From Tubulanus polymorphus (Eukaryota; Animalia; Nemertea), in NCBI RefSeq assembly GCF_964204645.1, contig NC_134026.1, positions 3,557,950-3,621,949 of the forward strand: a stretch of 64,000 nucleotides of DNA. Direction: 5' to 3'. The position numbers were made by a program, and so were the translations under genes. The number at the start of each line of letters is the position of its first letter. Positions within the stretch are counted from its first letter, which is position 1. The notes under the pieces were generated by a model. That model had not been told where the DNA came from. It did not search any database and saw nothing but the letters and a program-made list of their open reading frames with translations. Below are positions 1 to 12,495 of the stretch, in pieces.

Positions 1-227
1 ACCGGTACTAAAGGAACTGTTACTTTACAAAGAATACCGGTAATAAAGAATACTACATAAAAAAATTGAAGTATACGACAAACAATATGATAAATATAGA
101 AAATAGGCGCCACAATGTAGGTTTGAATAACAAAAATCTTATTATAGATTGAACACTGACACTGTTATTTTAATGAAGGCTGCAGTTTTCATGTTCATGA
201 TTATTGAAAGATTTACGATAATTACAG

Positions 228-3200
228 TATTGCTGAGGATGGAGAAGATCGTCGTCAATGTTTTGTAACGATAACTGCTATGCCAACAATAGCTCCTTGC
301 CAGGATTGTCAAAGTGGTATTACAGATATGGAATGTAAGTTAAGATAATTTGTTATTGTTAGACGAATGTAGTGTAGACCCGCACAGTTGACATAATGAA
401 TTGTCCCTCTATTTATTTGATGTTATGCTTATTTTTGCTGGGCCCTTACAAACCCACCACCCCTTTCTTTTAACTTAAACCACATTTTGGACTACTGAGC
501 CCTGTACGGTGTGTAGCAGACTGACTGCAGCAGCTGACCCCTTGTCCAGAGTTCATGCTTGATCGCTGATGGTCTTTACACCCATAATTCTGGGAAAGAA
601 ACGTTGAAGTGGCGCTGATTGGGTTCGGGATATTATCTTCCACTGCTGGGATGAATGTTCAGGTGGATAAATGAGGGATCAAAATTGTAATTGATTATGA
701 AGTCAATGAATTTGATGACGTATATTGGAGGGTTGACAGTATACCCAAATCTTTGTAATCTTAAACATCGTTTAACCCAATAATTGAGACTTGACTGAAG
801 CAGAACGGAAAAAATGATTAATTTCTTTGTGTCGCTTACAGCTGTAGATTTGACGAATCCTCACACGAAGTGCCTCCGACACGGTTACACAGTCCATACC
901 AGGTTCGAACTCGCTCCACCGTACCCGTTTTTTACTCCGAAAACTCACCTGAAGATAGATGGCGTTGCTGTGATGAATACAGGCGACTCGTTGATCGCGA
1001 TGAGCGTTGATCTCGACGATTCGTTCACCGATAAGACTTATCTGTTTCCGTCGGAGCTTCCGCAGCCGGAGCTCGATTCGATCTATTCGGAATCGACGCG
1101 TTGCAGCATGACGGAAACGATGATCGCGAATCTGAGCGGCGCTCTGCTCGACGCCGGCTCCGGTTTATTGTTGCGCGAGAAATCGTCGAACGCCGGCGAT
1201 CTGTTGCGGCGCGACGCTCAGGGACGGACGGTTTTAGCGAACGACGAAAACGCGCGCAACGCCAACGACGAACGCAATTCGTATTTTCATGCTCCGAGCA
1301 GTAACAACATGCCGCCTCCGAGTCACGGGTTGGAGCTGCGTTGTTTCAACAGCGACGATCAATCGAAGTCGAACAGCCGGTCGCCGGCCGACTCGTCGCA
1401 CGACGTTTATAAATTCACGGACGCCGCGTCGCCGCCGATGACGTTCGGGTTCCGCGCGCCCAGCGATAAATTCTACGACCTGCTGAAACGCGACCTGCCG
1501 TCGACGAATTTCGACTCGACGATCTGCTCGACGACGCAATCGGGCAAAGAGAACGTGAAAGAAAACGCGGCCGTTACCGAGCACAAGTCGTCTAAAGATC
1601 AACGTCTGCTCGTTTCGACGCCGCCGATGGATAGTTGTCGTTTGGGTTCGGAGATTAGTTGGTCGCCGTGCGTGATTCGTTGCGAGGAGAGTAGCACGAC
1701 TAGTTCGTGTTACAGTAGTCCGCTCATTTTACAGAACGATACGCAAAGTTTCACGTATTCAGTGAGAAAGTACATCGACAGCGATGGGCCGAGTGATGCG
1801 CCGATTGATATGGATGGTAAGCTGATTAACATCATCAGTAATAAATTCCTTTTCTACAGTAAACCTTGCCTTACTCAGACGTTGCCAATATCTGATTCCC
1901 TGGCATATTTTTCGATCCTTAATTCGGACTTCGTTGACTGGTTTTACCAGTCCCAGGTTTACTTTAATAAGCAGGGTAGACTTGGGTCGCAGACGGGAAT
2001 ATGTCAGTCAGTCTCTGACATTTGATTAATCTTTTCCTTATGGATGGTAGATAGTTGTGGATGATAGATTGATTAGACTGATTTATAAACCTGTATAGGC
2101 CTAATATGAATATTTTTGTTTGTACGAGTTACAGATGATTTGAGTATGTCATACCATAGTGTTCTGCCACTAGTCGTTCATGGGTCTAATTATAATCCTA
2201 TGACTGTGCTGAAGCAAAGCGACAGTCCTCGTGATTGCCCTACCGTAAGTGATCATATCGTGTTGTAATTGATCTGTTTGAGATGAACAACATTGAACTG
2301 CAGTATCTATTCATCATTTTTCCAGCCTTCAAAGACTGTTCTCGTCGTTAAACAACTAACGTTTGACATCGAACAATATTTGAATGAAGCGTTACAGAGT
2401 ACAATGGATATGGGTTTGCGTTATGTTTCCCTGGCTGATTACGATGCTCAAATATTGGACGTAAGGAAATACAATGTCAGATTTAAACTTGCATCAATCG
2501 TAAGAACTCAATAAAGGTTCTTGTTGTTGTTAATTTTGTAGGTGTGTGCCGACACGTATTGCGTTGTAGGAATGATTTTAGTTCTGATTCGCGCGAGGCC
2601 GCCTTTATCGACGAAGATGAACTCGCAAGCGCAACGTCACAACTTGAAAATGTATCAAACCGGCTTTAAGTTCGAATGGAATCTCCACACAGGTTAGCTC
2701 GATGCATATTGTGATCATCTTGTATCCTAATACAGCTCGCTGGCCCTGCCCTTCTATCCTCCCCTAAATTTACGGATGCTTATCCTTCATATTCTCTAAA
2801 TGGCTGTTTAAGTATATTTTGAATTCATTTTCTAGGTAATTATACAACTATAGAGACTGATTCTTACATCGAGGTCGACCAAAAGGAAACTGTAAAGTAA
2901 GTTTAAATCTACTGCTACAATACGATATCTAATTCTTTTATTTGTAATCGAAACTAACTAAAATGAATTTTATTTTTCATAGAAAACCATGGCATCCTGG
3001 TGCTACAATGTGTCGTAATATCCAGAAACAAGCATTTGTTCCGCTTTCTTATACACAATCTGTACATGTTTTAACTAATGAAGCAGTATTCAAAGGTAAC
3101 AGTTCATCCATTTTGAAAGATTACATAATCCTAGCAGAATCTGCTCGGGGGATGTAAATATTTCATAGATGCTGAGATGAGAATCGAGAACCCTTGTAGG

Positions 3201-3293
3201 CAATTAGTTGTAAAACAAATTTGAACTTTTTTTTCAGGACAATCACTGAAAACATTGATCGATCCACATCATTACGTGGCTATAGTCCTCTAG
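228..3293 (+). CDS. DCAF15: DDB1- and CUL4-associated factor 15 (CRL4 substrate receptor), 5'-partial multi-exon gene
   Basis: Phase-consistent GT-AG exons at 228-334, 842-1816, 2135-2244, 2326-2460, 2542-2692, 2836-2896, 2983-3095 and 3238-3293 (TAG). The translated motifs PCQDC...KCLRHGYTVHTRFELAPPYPFFTPKTHLKIDGVAVMNT and the C-terminus VLTNEAVFKGQSLKTLIDPHHYVAIVL* match recalled DCAF15 motifs (CAAC...CLRHGFMLHTKY; TNEALHKGCSLKVLAD...WIVL). The start codon lies upstream of the window. Confidence 0.9.
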
Positions 3294-5858
3294 AAAAAAT
3301 CCTGCAAATTTCATTGGCTCTGTGATATATATATATATTATACGTATGATAATAAACAACCGTGATCATTTAGTGGATGAGTTAGGTGTGCTGGAAGTGT
3401 GTGAGTTATTAAAATGTAGTGTTTGCTCCTGATGTAAAGCGTAAAGATTAATCTTTAATGGATATAAACTACCAAGATTTTTTAAACCAGTCATTTCTGC
3501 CAGTGCTGGACAGTTTGAATTGCTCATCGAACAAAAGTATGTTTTGCCGAATATAAGATGATGTATGAATGTTTCATTTCTGAATTTCTGTCTATGTACG
3601 TCGCAAATTTATCTACTTTTATGATAGGTTTTCATTACCTAACCGCTCCTAGGAAATAATATTACATTCCTGTTTCGCTGGATATCTAGATGAGAGGCAT
3701 TATAATGCTCCTTATCTAATGTTAAATTCATTAATTGTCCGATTTTATTTTGTAATTATCTTTCGACGAAAGTTTAACTGTAGATAGGTAAGAAAAAAAT
3801 GAATTTTAGTTTGAAAATTAAGTGATTTTTCTGTCAGTGTAACTGTATTGTTCTGTTTAATTTGTGCAATATTCGTATTATGTATAATTTTAGAAGTCAT
3901 GGATGGGTGTGAAAGTCTCATTTCAGGCTTGAATTTAAGCACTCGTCAGTACCGATGCAATTTTACCGACGTATGTCAATTGCTATGAATATCAGGGCCT
4001 ATTGCCAGTTGTGAGTTGATATTTGACTCCAGAGACAACTGCATACTTCAAAATGAACTACCCGGTACCATAACTTAGCAATGAACAGTGGAACTGGGCA
4101 GAGTTTGTTTTTCGTTTCACTGACTTTATTATTGATCAATTGTTTTATCCTGTTTTACTCAATAGATTAATGAGTAAGTAGTCTGTACTGTACGAGATGT
4201 GGAGGATGAGGCGGTTTTGCTTATTAAATAATACAGCTAGTACATTGTAAATATGTATGAACGGTATAAACATTTTGGAGAAGTTGTAATCCAACTGCAT
4301 TTTTAGTTCCGAATAAAACTTGTTATAAATTCAATTGAATTTAGAGTGACTTGATCTGGACCAATACTCTCACCTGCTGGGGTGCAGTTCTGTGGACTTT
4401 TCGCTGTGTATGAACTAGAGACGTACATTGAGAAGACCTGGCGGTATATGGGAGGGCGGTACATCGGGGGTTGACTGCATGAGTAAATGCCTATGGGATC
4501 ATTCATTTATTACGAAAGGAAATACTTGTATCGGTAAAGATCAATTTTATGTGAACACGAATTCAGACATATTTGCGGTATAATATTGATTGATATTGCC
4601 AAGTATCATAAGGTAATTATTAGTTTTTGGCATATGGGCTATTGAAACTTTCATCGCATCGCTGGATCAGTAGTTTGTGGGTTGTTGGACAACCAGGGCG
4701 TTAACTTCTTAGATTGTTGAGCATTTCAAGGCACTTCCCAAGTGGCTATGGTGTCCCTGGACCCCTAGTATTCGGATTTTGGGCAGTTTGTCGTAATCTC
4801 CCATGGGCCTAGTTTGAAAGACTAGTAAGAGGATGGTAAATAAATGGTTATAAGCCTGCCTCCAGAAGAAGTGAACGCCTTGCAGAAATACCATTCTCGA
4901 CCTGCTTTGATTTCCAATTACTCACGAGAAACAACTCTATCATACATTTAATCAGCATTTTATTTCATCATTATAAATACTTCAATATAGTGATAGAACA
5001 GCATCGTACATAAAATAGAGATAAATTTTGCATGCTCAGCAAGTAGCTTATAATTAAAATAATTATCAACAAAATTTACATTATTTGTACAAGCAATCAT
5101 CTTGTATGTACATTTAGACATTGTATTTACAAATGTAAGAAAGGGTTGAATCTAAAATCAGCCTTTTTTCAACTGGAAAAAATCATACGATATAGATTGA
5201 AATCACCTTGCACAGCGTATCTTGGATAATTTCGAAAAACAATCAAGATTGGATCAACCTCGAGTTAAGCTGGTTACAGCACTGACCAGCAGATCACCGT
5301 TGGGAATGTTACACGAAAAAAAAAAAAAAAACATGGAACAAAATTCGATCAATAGGGTTTATTTGGCGAACAGTTCTTGTTGAATTTGGTGTATAGCTTA
5401 TCTATAATCTATCCTTGCTTGTAGGTTATAGAAACAGGTATCTATATGAATACATATTAAATACTAGCCTAATAATTTCTAATCGTGTATGATGAAAAAT
5501 CCATGCACCAAGCGGATTTATTTATCAGAAAATAATTGAAATTGTTGCATGCTAACCAATGATCACTGCACGCAATCTAAAAACATGGCACACATCACAA
5601 ATAGCTCAGCCTGAAATTTATCTCTCGTAAATCGAGCGTTTCATCACACGCATGGATTACTTTCATATCAGCCTGAGCAAAAATACATCGATAATGAATT
5701 CCAACAGCGTCGGAGACAATTCTGAACATCGATATTTGCATACGGTTCATACAAGTAATTAATGGCCTAGGCAATGTGTATATTGAATTCGTCTACCAGC
5801 ATTTATGAAAGGCATAATAGTGACTAGAGTGTAGCGGCTTACGTTGATTTAGTGTATG

Positions 5859-8800
5859 TCACAGTGGTTGAGCATTTGCACTGCTGGCCGACGACTGGTC
5901 ATCCTGATTATCAGTTTTATGTATCGAAGGTATAGCCTCCTCCCAAGCCTTGAGACACTGAAATTGTACAATGGATTATTGATTTAAATCGTCAACAGAA
6001 ATCAAAATTCTCAATTTGCCAATGGCTTTAAAGAGTGGGTGTGGCTTCGAAACATTGAAGTCGCATAAATAAGATACACGCAATAATGTATTATAGCTAA
6101 TGGCAAACCTTTTGATAGTATTCGATCTGACGATCGGCTAATGATATGAATATTCGTTTGAAATCTCTGCGTTTGCTTTTCTCCCAGCGATCCATATCAG
6201 CCTTCAGATCGGCATTCGCACACGTCGCTTTATCATTCAGTTCTTCTACAGTCGTCTTTAGCTAAGAAACAATACGAATCAAAAATTTTTCCTTTGAATC
6301 GAAATTTCGAAATTATCGATCGAATAACAAACGACAAACAACAAGCAAAAACATAAGAAATGAAAGTGTAATTAAGAATTAATCGAGTGCAGAAGAGGAT
6401 TTGAAAATAGATTTTGTGATAACGTGCCACAGTAAATGTAAATTGGTTTACTACATTATGTGCTAGGATTGTGTATGGAATTAAAACGGAACGATGCAGT
6501 TCAGAAAATAGAAAGCAAAATTGTTCAAATCTACCGACATATATGTACAGGAAAAGAATCAGTTCCGACAAGAGAAGTTGTTTCACTTCTTTCAGAAGTT
6601 TTTAGTTTCAAAACTTCACGCCGAAACTGAGCCCTCAACGCGCTATATAAACCACAGAACATGCTTTAATGATCCTCAAACAGAAAAAAATTAAAACAAA
6701 TTGAAGAGAATTCACAGGCGAAGCCGACACCATACATGGCAGCCACAACAAAAGCAAATACCTAAAATCTTTAGTAAGAGAGCTGATCAAAGAACAGCAA
6801 CATACCTCAGAAATGCTAGTTTCTAATTTGTCTTGTTTATGTTGTTTTACTTCAGAAGGATCTTTGCCGATAAAAGCACCAAAAGAGTAATTCTGATCTG
6901 ATATCCTCACCTGTTATAGAGACATTTTTATTCAAGTAACTCGTATTCAACTGATAGCCAGACTGAATTTGCCGCCCCATAAAAAGGAATGACAGCAAGT
7001 GTTTGGACTGAAATCCTATGCCATTTTCTCTACTGTAAATCAGCGATAGTAGAGAAAAGTTCCTATTTGATTCGATGACAAAGAGCAGTTCATGTTAAGT
7101 TTCAATAGTAAACAAAGAGAACTTATGTTAACAACATTTAGGGAAACAATATCGATATCATCTTAGACTGAGCTCGAAAACATCTGGAGATGAATTGATA
7201 ACATGTTGAAATAGATATTATTTTCTCATCCATGCTAATAGATATATCATATACGCTTTCCGTAGTATGACCGAAAGGACAATGCCACCATCACCGAAAG
7301 ATAAACAGGTATATGATTCATTCAATTTGCTGAACAACTGTTAGGACAGGTTATTTTGAATAAGAACTTGCGAACATGCAGACTCAACAACCTCACAACA
7401 CAAGCCACATACATCTCTTTCTTATTCAAATGGTGCTATTTAACTGTTTTCGTTATCAAGACAATTTATGTGGATTAGAATCACAATCTCATTCTAAAGA
7501 CCTGTGCATTTAGTAAATGTTTATGATTGAAACCTACATGATCGCGTTCATCTTTTTTACGGTTCAACTCCTCGATAGTTAGTTCGTATTCCATTTGTAT
7601 TGCATCTCGCCTTCGTAAAACCGCCTGAAAAAATTCAGTTAAAGCTTCAAATAGTTGTTCAATGAAAATATGGCTGAAAACTTCATAACTTAATATCGGT
7701 TTGAAAAACTGCAAAATACCTTAATTGCATCCGAGTAGAGAATATACTCTTTTATAGGCTGACATATCTCAGCATCAGTTGAAGCTATCTGAAATGCAAT
7801 ATGATATATTTCTAGAAGTGGATTACAATAATGTTCTGTATACAATATCAACAAAATAATGCTCACCACATCTTTTAAAGCCTTCAAATTTACATCAACT
7901 GCCTTCGCCATGGCAGCAAGAGCACCATTCAGTTTATCTTCCGACCCTGACCATAGAGTGAACATAGGACCAAATTCTTTCAGATCTGCTGCATATTCTG
8001 TAACAAAAAAAATATTCAAGTAAATGCAAACATGTCGAAAGGACGAAAGGCAAGTTTCCGTGAAAAATAAAGTATTAATTACCAGTTTGCTCTTTGGCTA
8101 TGCGTTGTGAGATGCGATCTATAGTTCCGAGTTTTTCTCCAAATCCTGATATATAAGTGTTCATCGTTATATGTTCTGGACAACGATTTTTCATCATATA
8201 CGAAGCGCTGAAGCTATGTAACGAGTCAGTAAGACGCCCTAACAATCCGGCTCCCTGCTTCTTATGCGCTTGAAATTCCTGAAATCGATGAAAGCTAACG
8301 GTATTACAAACTTGTCTCTGTATGATCGGCATCAACATCCAGATTGAAATAATTCTCACTCACCCAAACTTTTCCAGTGAGGAACATTTTGAAATCATTA
8401 CTGAATGATAAAACTGGGTGTTCCGCGATTCGATTCAGAAATTTCTGTAAAGCCACGGTTCGAATCTTGATGAAATGAGGATCAAACCTATCTAACTTTC
8501 TGAAACTGTGTTTCTCCGGCAAAGGCTACGAAATAAACAGCATCTTTGTGACGGAGCCATATCATTCCCGACAAAATCATCCAAAATATCAACAATATAC
8601 AAGACGTATGAAACTTTTTTGAGAGTATGAATATTAGACAGACTATACTGTTCTGGTTTCTATCTACTTACTGGAATGAGATGTGTTGGATTGGAAAGTT
8701 CAAGTTTTTGTCGAAGCCATAAAAAGTCATTGTATCTCCTTCTAACACAATATTCTGGCTGATCGAATTCACTTCTAGTCGTCTGAAAAATAGCAGTGAA

Positions 8801-11800
8801 GAATATAGCTGCAAAGCAGGGATAATGGATTTTCTGCTGCCTAGCACATTTTTATGTATCCCTATATGGTTGATTATTGCATTTGAAAAATAAATAGTTC
8901 AATAATATTCTAATGACATCCGACTACAATAACTGCTATCAATTAATCATAGCAAATGAAAAGTATTCTGAATAAAAAATCTGGTATTTTGGAAACTTCC
9001 TTCTCGTGACTGCTTTAAGTGTGCAGATCATTTATGATATCGCATGCCTCTGCTGTGTTGGGTGAATATAACGTTGTGACGATATCCACTGCTTCCCAGC
9101 TTTGGGAAAAAATAGAGTTACATTTTCATCTCATTTGTCTAAATCTGAGTGAATGCAGATCAGTTTATGATATCGCATGCCTCTGCTGTGTTGGGTGAAT
9201 ACAACATTGTGAGGATATCCACTGCTTCCCAGCTTTGGGAAAAAATAGAGTTACATTTTCATCTCATTTGTCTAAATCTGAGTGAATCAATTTCTTGTTA
9301 ACAACATACTGCAATTTTCATCAACTGCAAATGAATAGTAACCGTTATAAAGGTTTGAATGATGCACATATATGGATTTCTTTCGTGTTAAATTAACTTT
9401 CCAATACGAGAGGATACCTTGAATGAGAAGTTTTCAGACAGTCTGTGTACACAGAGACAGCCAGTAGATTCATGTACAATGGATCATGAATTCTACTCAG
9501 ATGCAGATTGGTCGAACTTATATCAGTAATATTGTCCTGATGTCCGTAGCAAACAGGTCGGGAAGCTACCGATCTCTTTCATTGGCAATTCTATTCGCGT
9601 TGTTCCTGTTAGGGGCCTTCGGAAATTCTGCTACCTTCCTGATAATGACGCGCAGCAGATTTCGGAGTTTTTCCTACGCTAACTATCTTATCGTTTTATC
9701 AGTCTGTGATTTCATATACTGCATTAGTTTCACTCTTATGCCCGTATTACAGTTCGTTCTCTTGCGCTTCCAAATTGGCCGTATATTCATGATGAGTTCA
9801 CTGTTGGGCTGTCAAATATATGAATACGTAGCAACACTTGGTGGCTGCAATAGCGCCTGGTTAATAATAGCTATATCTCTAGAACGTGTGGCAGTTGTGC
9901 TCTTTCCGTTCAAGTCTCGTTTGATATGTACGCCTAGATTCGCAAGATTAACTATAACGACGGTTACTGCAGTGAACGCGTTATTTCTCTATCCAACATT
10001 GTCAATGCATTTTTCCGACCGGTTCTTCGGCTGTTACTACAAATTATTCGATCAAATAAAATACTTTATCATTATTGTCATTTACATTTATCTCCTGCCG
10101 TTGACCATTATTGTCACATCAAATTCAATCATAATATTTCAGTTAATCGGAGGCCCGAAAATTGTTTCTTCAGACAACAACAAAACTACCAAATCTAAAC
10201 GTACGACAATAATGCTTGTAACAGTTTCACTCGCATTTGCAATATTTACACTTCCATCCACTGTTACTGTATTTTTACCAATCCCAAAGGGACAGAAGAA
10301 TTTTCTATATGATATTTTCACTCACTTCCAAGCTTGTAACTTTGTGGTAAATTTCTACATATATCTATTACTAGGACGGGAAATTCGTTACTATTTCTGT
10401 ACTAAAATCTGCTGTAGAAATTAGGCAAATCAGCTTCAGTTAGATTCACCAGCAACTTCTAGTTAGAATGATAGATTTTTTGGATAACTAGCAGATGTGA
10501 ATGATTTCATGCTGGTAGGATTTGTACCGCGAATCGGTATATATCGTATTAATGAAAACAACATTGCTGAAAAATAAATTCATACGTGGTGTAGTTGGCA
10601 CGCTTGAGCCAACCTGAAACACGAATCTCCTATTCATGTACATGTAATTTTTTGGACATAATGCGTTGAAACAGAATTCAGCACAAGTTGGGACACCGCC
10701 GTACCACCCCATATTGAAATGGAGATGCAGAAACTTTAAAAACGACCTAATTCACAATCCTTACACAATTTATTGCTATGACAGTTTTTTACCTTTGAAG
10801 TCACCCTGAATGTAATGTACGATTCCATCGCAGTCGCGTGTTTCTCTGGATTGTCGACAACGATGAATAAATCTCTCGTTTCTCCTTCCAATTCATCGTC
10901 AAGTTTCAAATTATCGAGAAAACTCGAACTTGATAAATTGCTATCTGAACGCCTCACGTTATCTTTACCCTGCAAAAAATAACGATCAATCTTATTGCTT
11001 AATCTCAAATTAGAGAAAGCAGATGCGCAACCAAGCCAAAAGATTCTGATGTCTTCCGATTCCTTAAGAGATCTGAAATTCCCTGATATTTCCCGGACCC
11101 TCGACTGATTTTGTCATAAGATACCCTCAGAATGGGGAATATTTAGTTCCAAAGAGATTCTACCTGTCATTCACCACCAGCAAGAGCAATAAAGACACCA
11201 AAAATCTAATTTCCCTTATCTTTAAGACTCAGAATTGAAGGGTAAAATGAATCCAGAATTACCAGATCTTCCTTGATCAAAGAACCATGCCTTGTAAAAA
11301 TTTGGAAGTGGATAGTATGCCAAGTAAGATAGGCCTTGTTCTAAAAGGCTCATAACAATCATATTATCCGGGGCAGATCTAGAAAATTTGGGAAGTTTGG
11401 GTCCAGATGAAGAGAAAGGCATTTCAGAAAAAGCAGCCATGTCATAGGCCACCAAGGTCCCTGCCTCGGTATTAAATATTTTCTAAAAACCATATTGGAA
11501 AATATGCAATTTCCGCAATGGTGAGTTTCAAATTTGCAGTTGGTTTTAACGATGTTTGTCTTGATGAAAAGGGCAAACTCAATGGGAAGACAGGGATCCG
11601 GACTAACTATAGGGTTAGGTTTAGAGCTATCTAGTTAAAACATAAGTCAGCTTTTGTAATAAGCCTTGGTGGTTTAGTGCAGATGCTCCTTGCTGTAAGC
11701 AATATGATGGTTCAGGTTCTAATATTACACATTTTCTGCTCTATTTCCTCTTACTGTGTGCGCAACTTATATTGACCGATACTAACGTTTTCTTTGCCTT

Positions 11801-12174
11801 TTTAGGTTCGATCAGGAATAGCCTAATTTGGAAATATCCACCCCTCACAATTATGATTTGGTGCACTTTTAACTATTCTAAATAACACTTAGTGATCGGT
11901 AAAAATTTAAAGGGTTTTGGTGCATTTGGCATCATTTAGGATGTGAACTTGTATAAATAAAATCATTTGAATTGGACTTTAATTAAGGTAATTGCCCGTT
12001 TACGCGTTAAATCAAACATCGATTTCGTACTTTAATTTTTTCTTTAATATCTTCAACCGTTACACTGGACACCGCGCTGCCGTAGAATGTATTGGCATCG
12101 GCGAACTCATCCGCCAGCGACTGATAACCCTCAGTTCCTGACGACGATGGCGTCAAAACAGTTTCGATCTCCAT
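5859..12174 (-). CDS. SNX30: Sorting nexin SNX30/SNX7-type (PX-BAR), 11 exons, ~477 aa
   Basis: Exons at 12174-12031, 10969-10793, 8782-8672, 8525-8364, 8278-8083, 7997-7867, 7788-7720, 7624-7538, 6910-6806, 6261-6109 and 5957-5859, all GT-AG and in frame. PX motifs [12 protein letters not shown]...[33 protein letters not shown] motifs [45 protein letters not shown]. Likely co-ortholog of vertebrate SNX7/SNX30. Confidence 0.92.
9022..9286. repeat. Direct tandem duplication, two copies of ~132 bp
   Basis: 9022-9153 and 9154-9286 are near-identical (about 3 substitutions and 1 indel by eye). The pair lies ~200 bp upstream of the nested GPCR ATG. Confidence 0.95.
9486..10424 (+). CDS. Intronless class A (rhodopsin-like) orphan GPCR, peptide-receptor-like/chemoreceptor-type; nested antisense in sorting nexin intron 2
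   Basis: 312-aa ORF with 7 hydrophobic segments: GN in TM1, LSVCD in TM2, C at the top of TM3, SLERV (E/DRY equivalent), FAIFTLP in TM6 and NFYIY (NPxxY equivalent). It lies wholly within intron 8783-10792 of the minus-strand sorting nexin. Confidence 0.9.
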   Translation: MNSTQMQIGRTYISNIVLMSVANRSGSYRSLSLAILFALFLLGAFGNSATFLIMTRSRFRSFSYANYLIVLSVCDFIYCISFTLMPVLQFVLLRFQIGRIFMMSSLLGCQIYEYVATLGGCNSAWLIIAISLERVAVVLFPFKSRLICTPRFARLTITTVTAVNALFLYPTLSMHFSDRFFGCYYKLFDQIKYFIIIVIYIYLLPLTIIVTSNSIIIFQLIGGPKIVSSDNNKTTKSKRTTIMLVTVSLAFAIFTLPSTVTVFLPIPKGQKNFLYDIFTHFQACNFVVNFYIYLLLGREIRYYFCTKICCRN

Positions 12175-12495
12175 TTTCAATTTTCGAGATGGCCCCCGCA
12201 TACATCAACAAAAATAAGCGACCGCTAGGATGGAATTTAAACTCAAAGCGCTTCTCTTATATGCAAATCGTATTTTCATTTTCTAGTGATTGCGATGTGA
12301 TATAGGAACTCGATTTTGTTTTAGGGCTTGATTTTTTGTTCTTAGTAGATGTCAAATTTTCCGTGTTGTAAGCGGCAATTTAATGTCAAGGTCGAAATAT
12401 CAAAACACGGAAGTGGCAAAATTTGCGTTCAGAAACATCAAATTTTTGATAAAATACTGTATTAATCCCGCGCAAAACATTTTCCATTCCCAAGA
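12175..12495. promoter_or_regulatory. Putative bidirectional promoter shared by SNX30 and INIP
   Basis: Only ~320 bp separates the divergent start codons. An ETS/GABP-type CGGAAGTG lies at 12408-12415, a motif typical of bidirectional housekeeping promoters. Confidence 0.6.

Noticed and set aside
814-2025. 403-aa ORF as a standalone gene
   Set aside because: It is DCAF15 exon 842-1816 read through into flanking intron sequence. Splice sites and downstream exons explain it.
5271-5292. Hairpin containing CAGTGC in the sorting nexin 3' UTR as an iron-responsive element
   Set aside because: CAGUGN is not presented as the apical loop of a 5-bp stem with a C bulge.
9022-9286. Tandem unit as a pair of C/D-box snoRNAs (ATGATAT...CTGA)
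   Set aside because: The C box is imperfect, the unit is antisense to the host intron, and no rRNA-complementary guide was recognised.
11660-11730. tRNA-like A/B boxes (also GGTTCGAACTCCC near 41468)
   Set aside because: No cloverleaf can be formed. At most these are decayed SINE heads.
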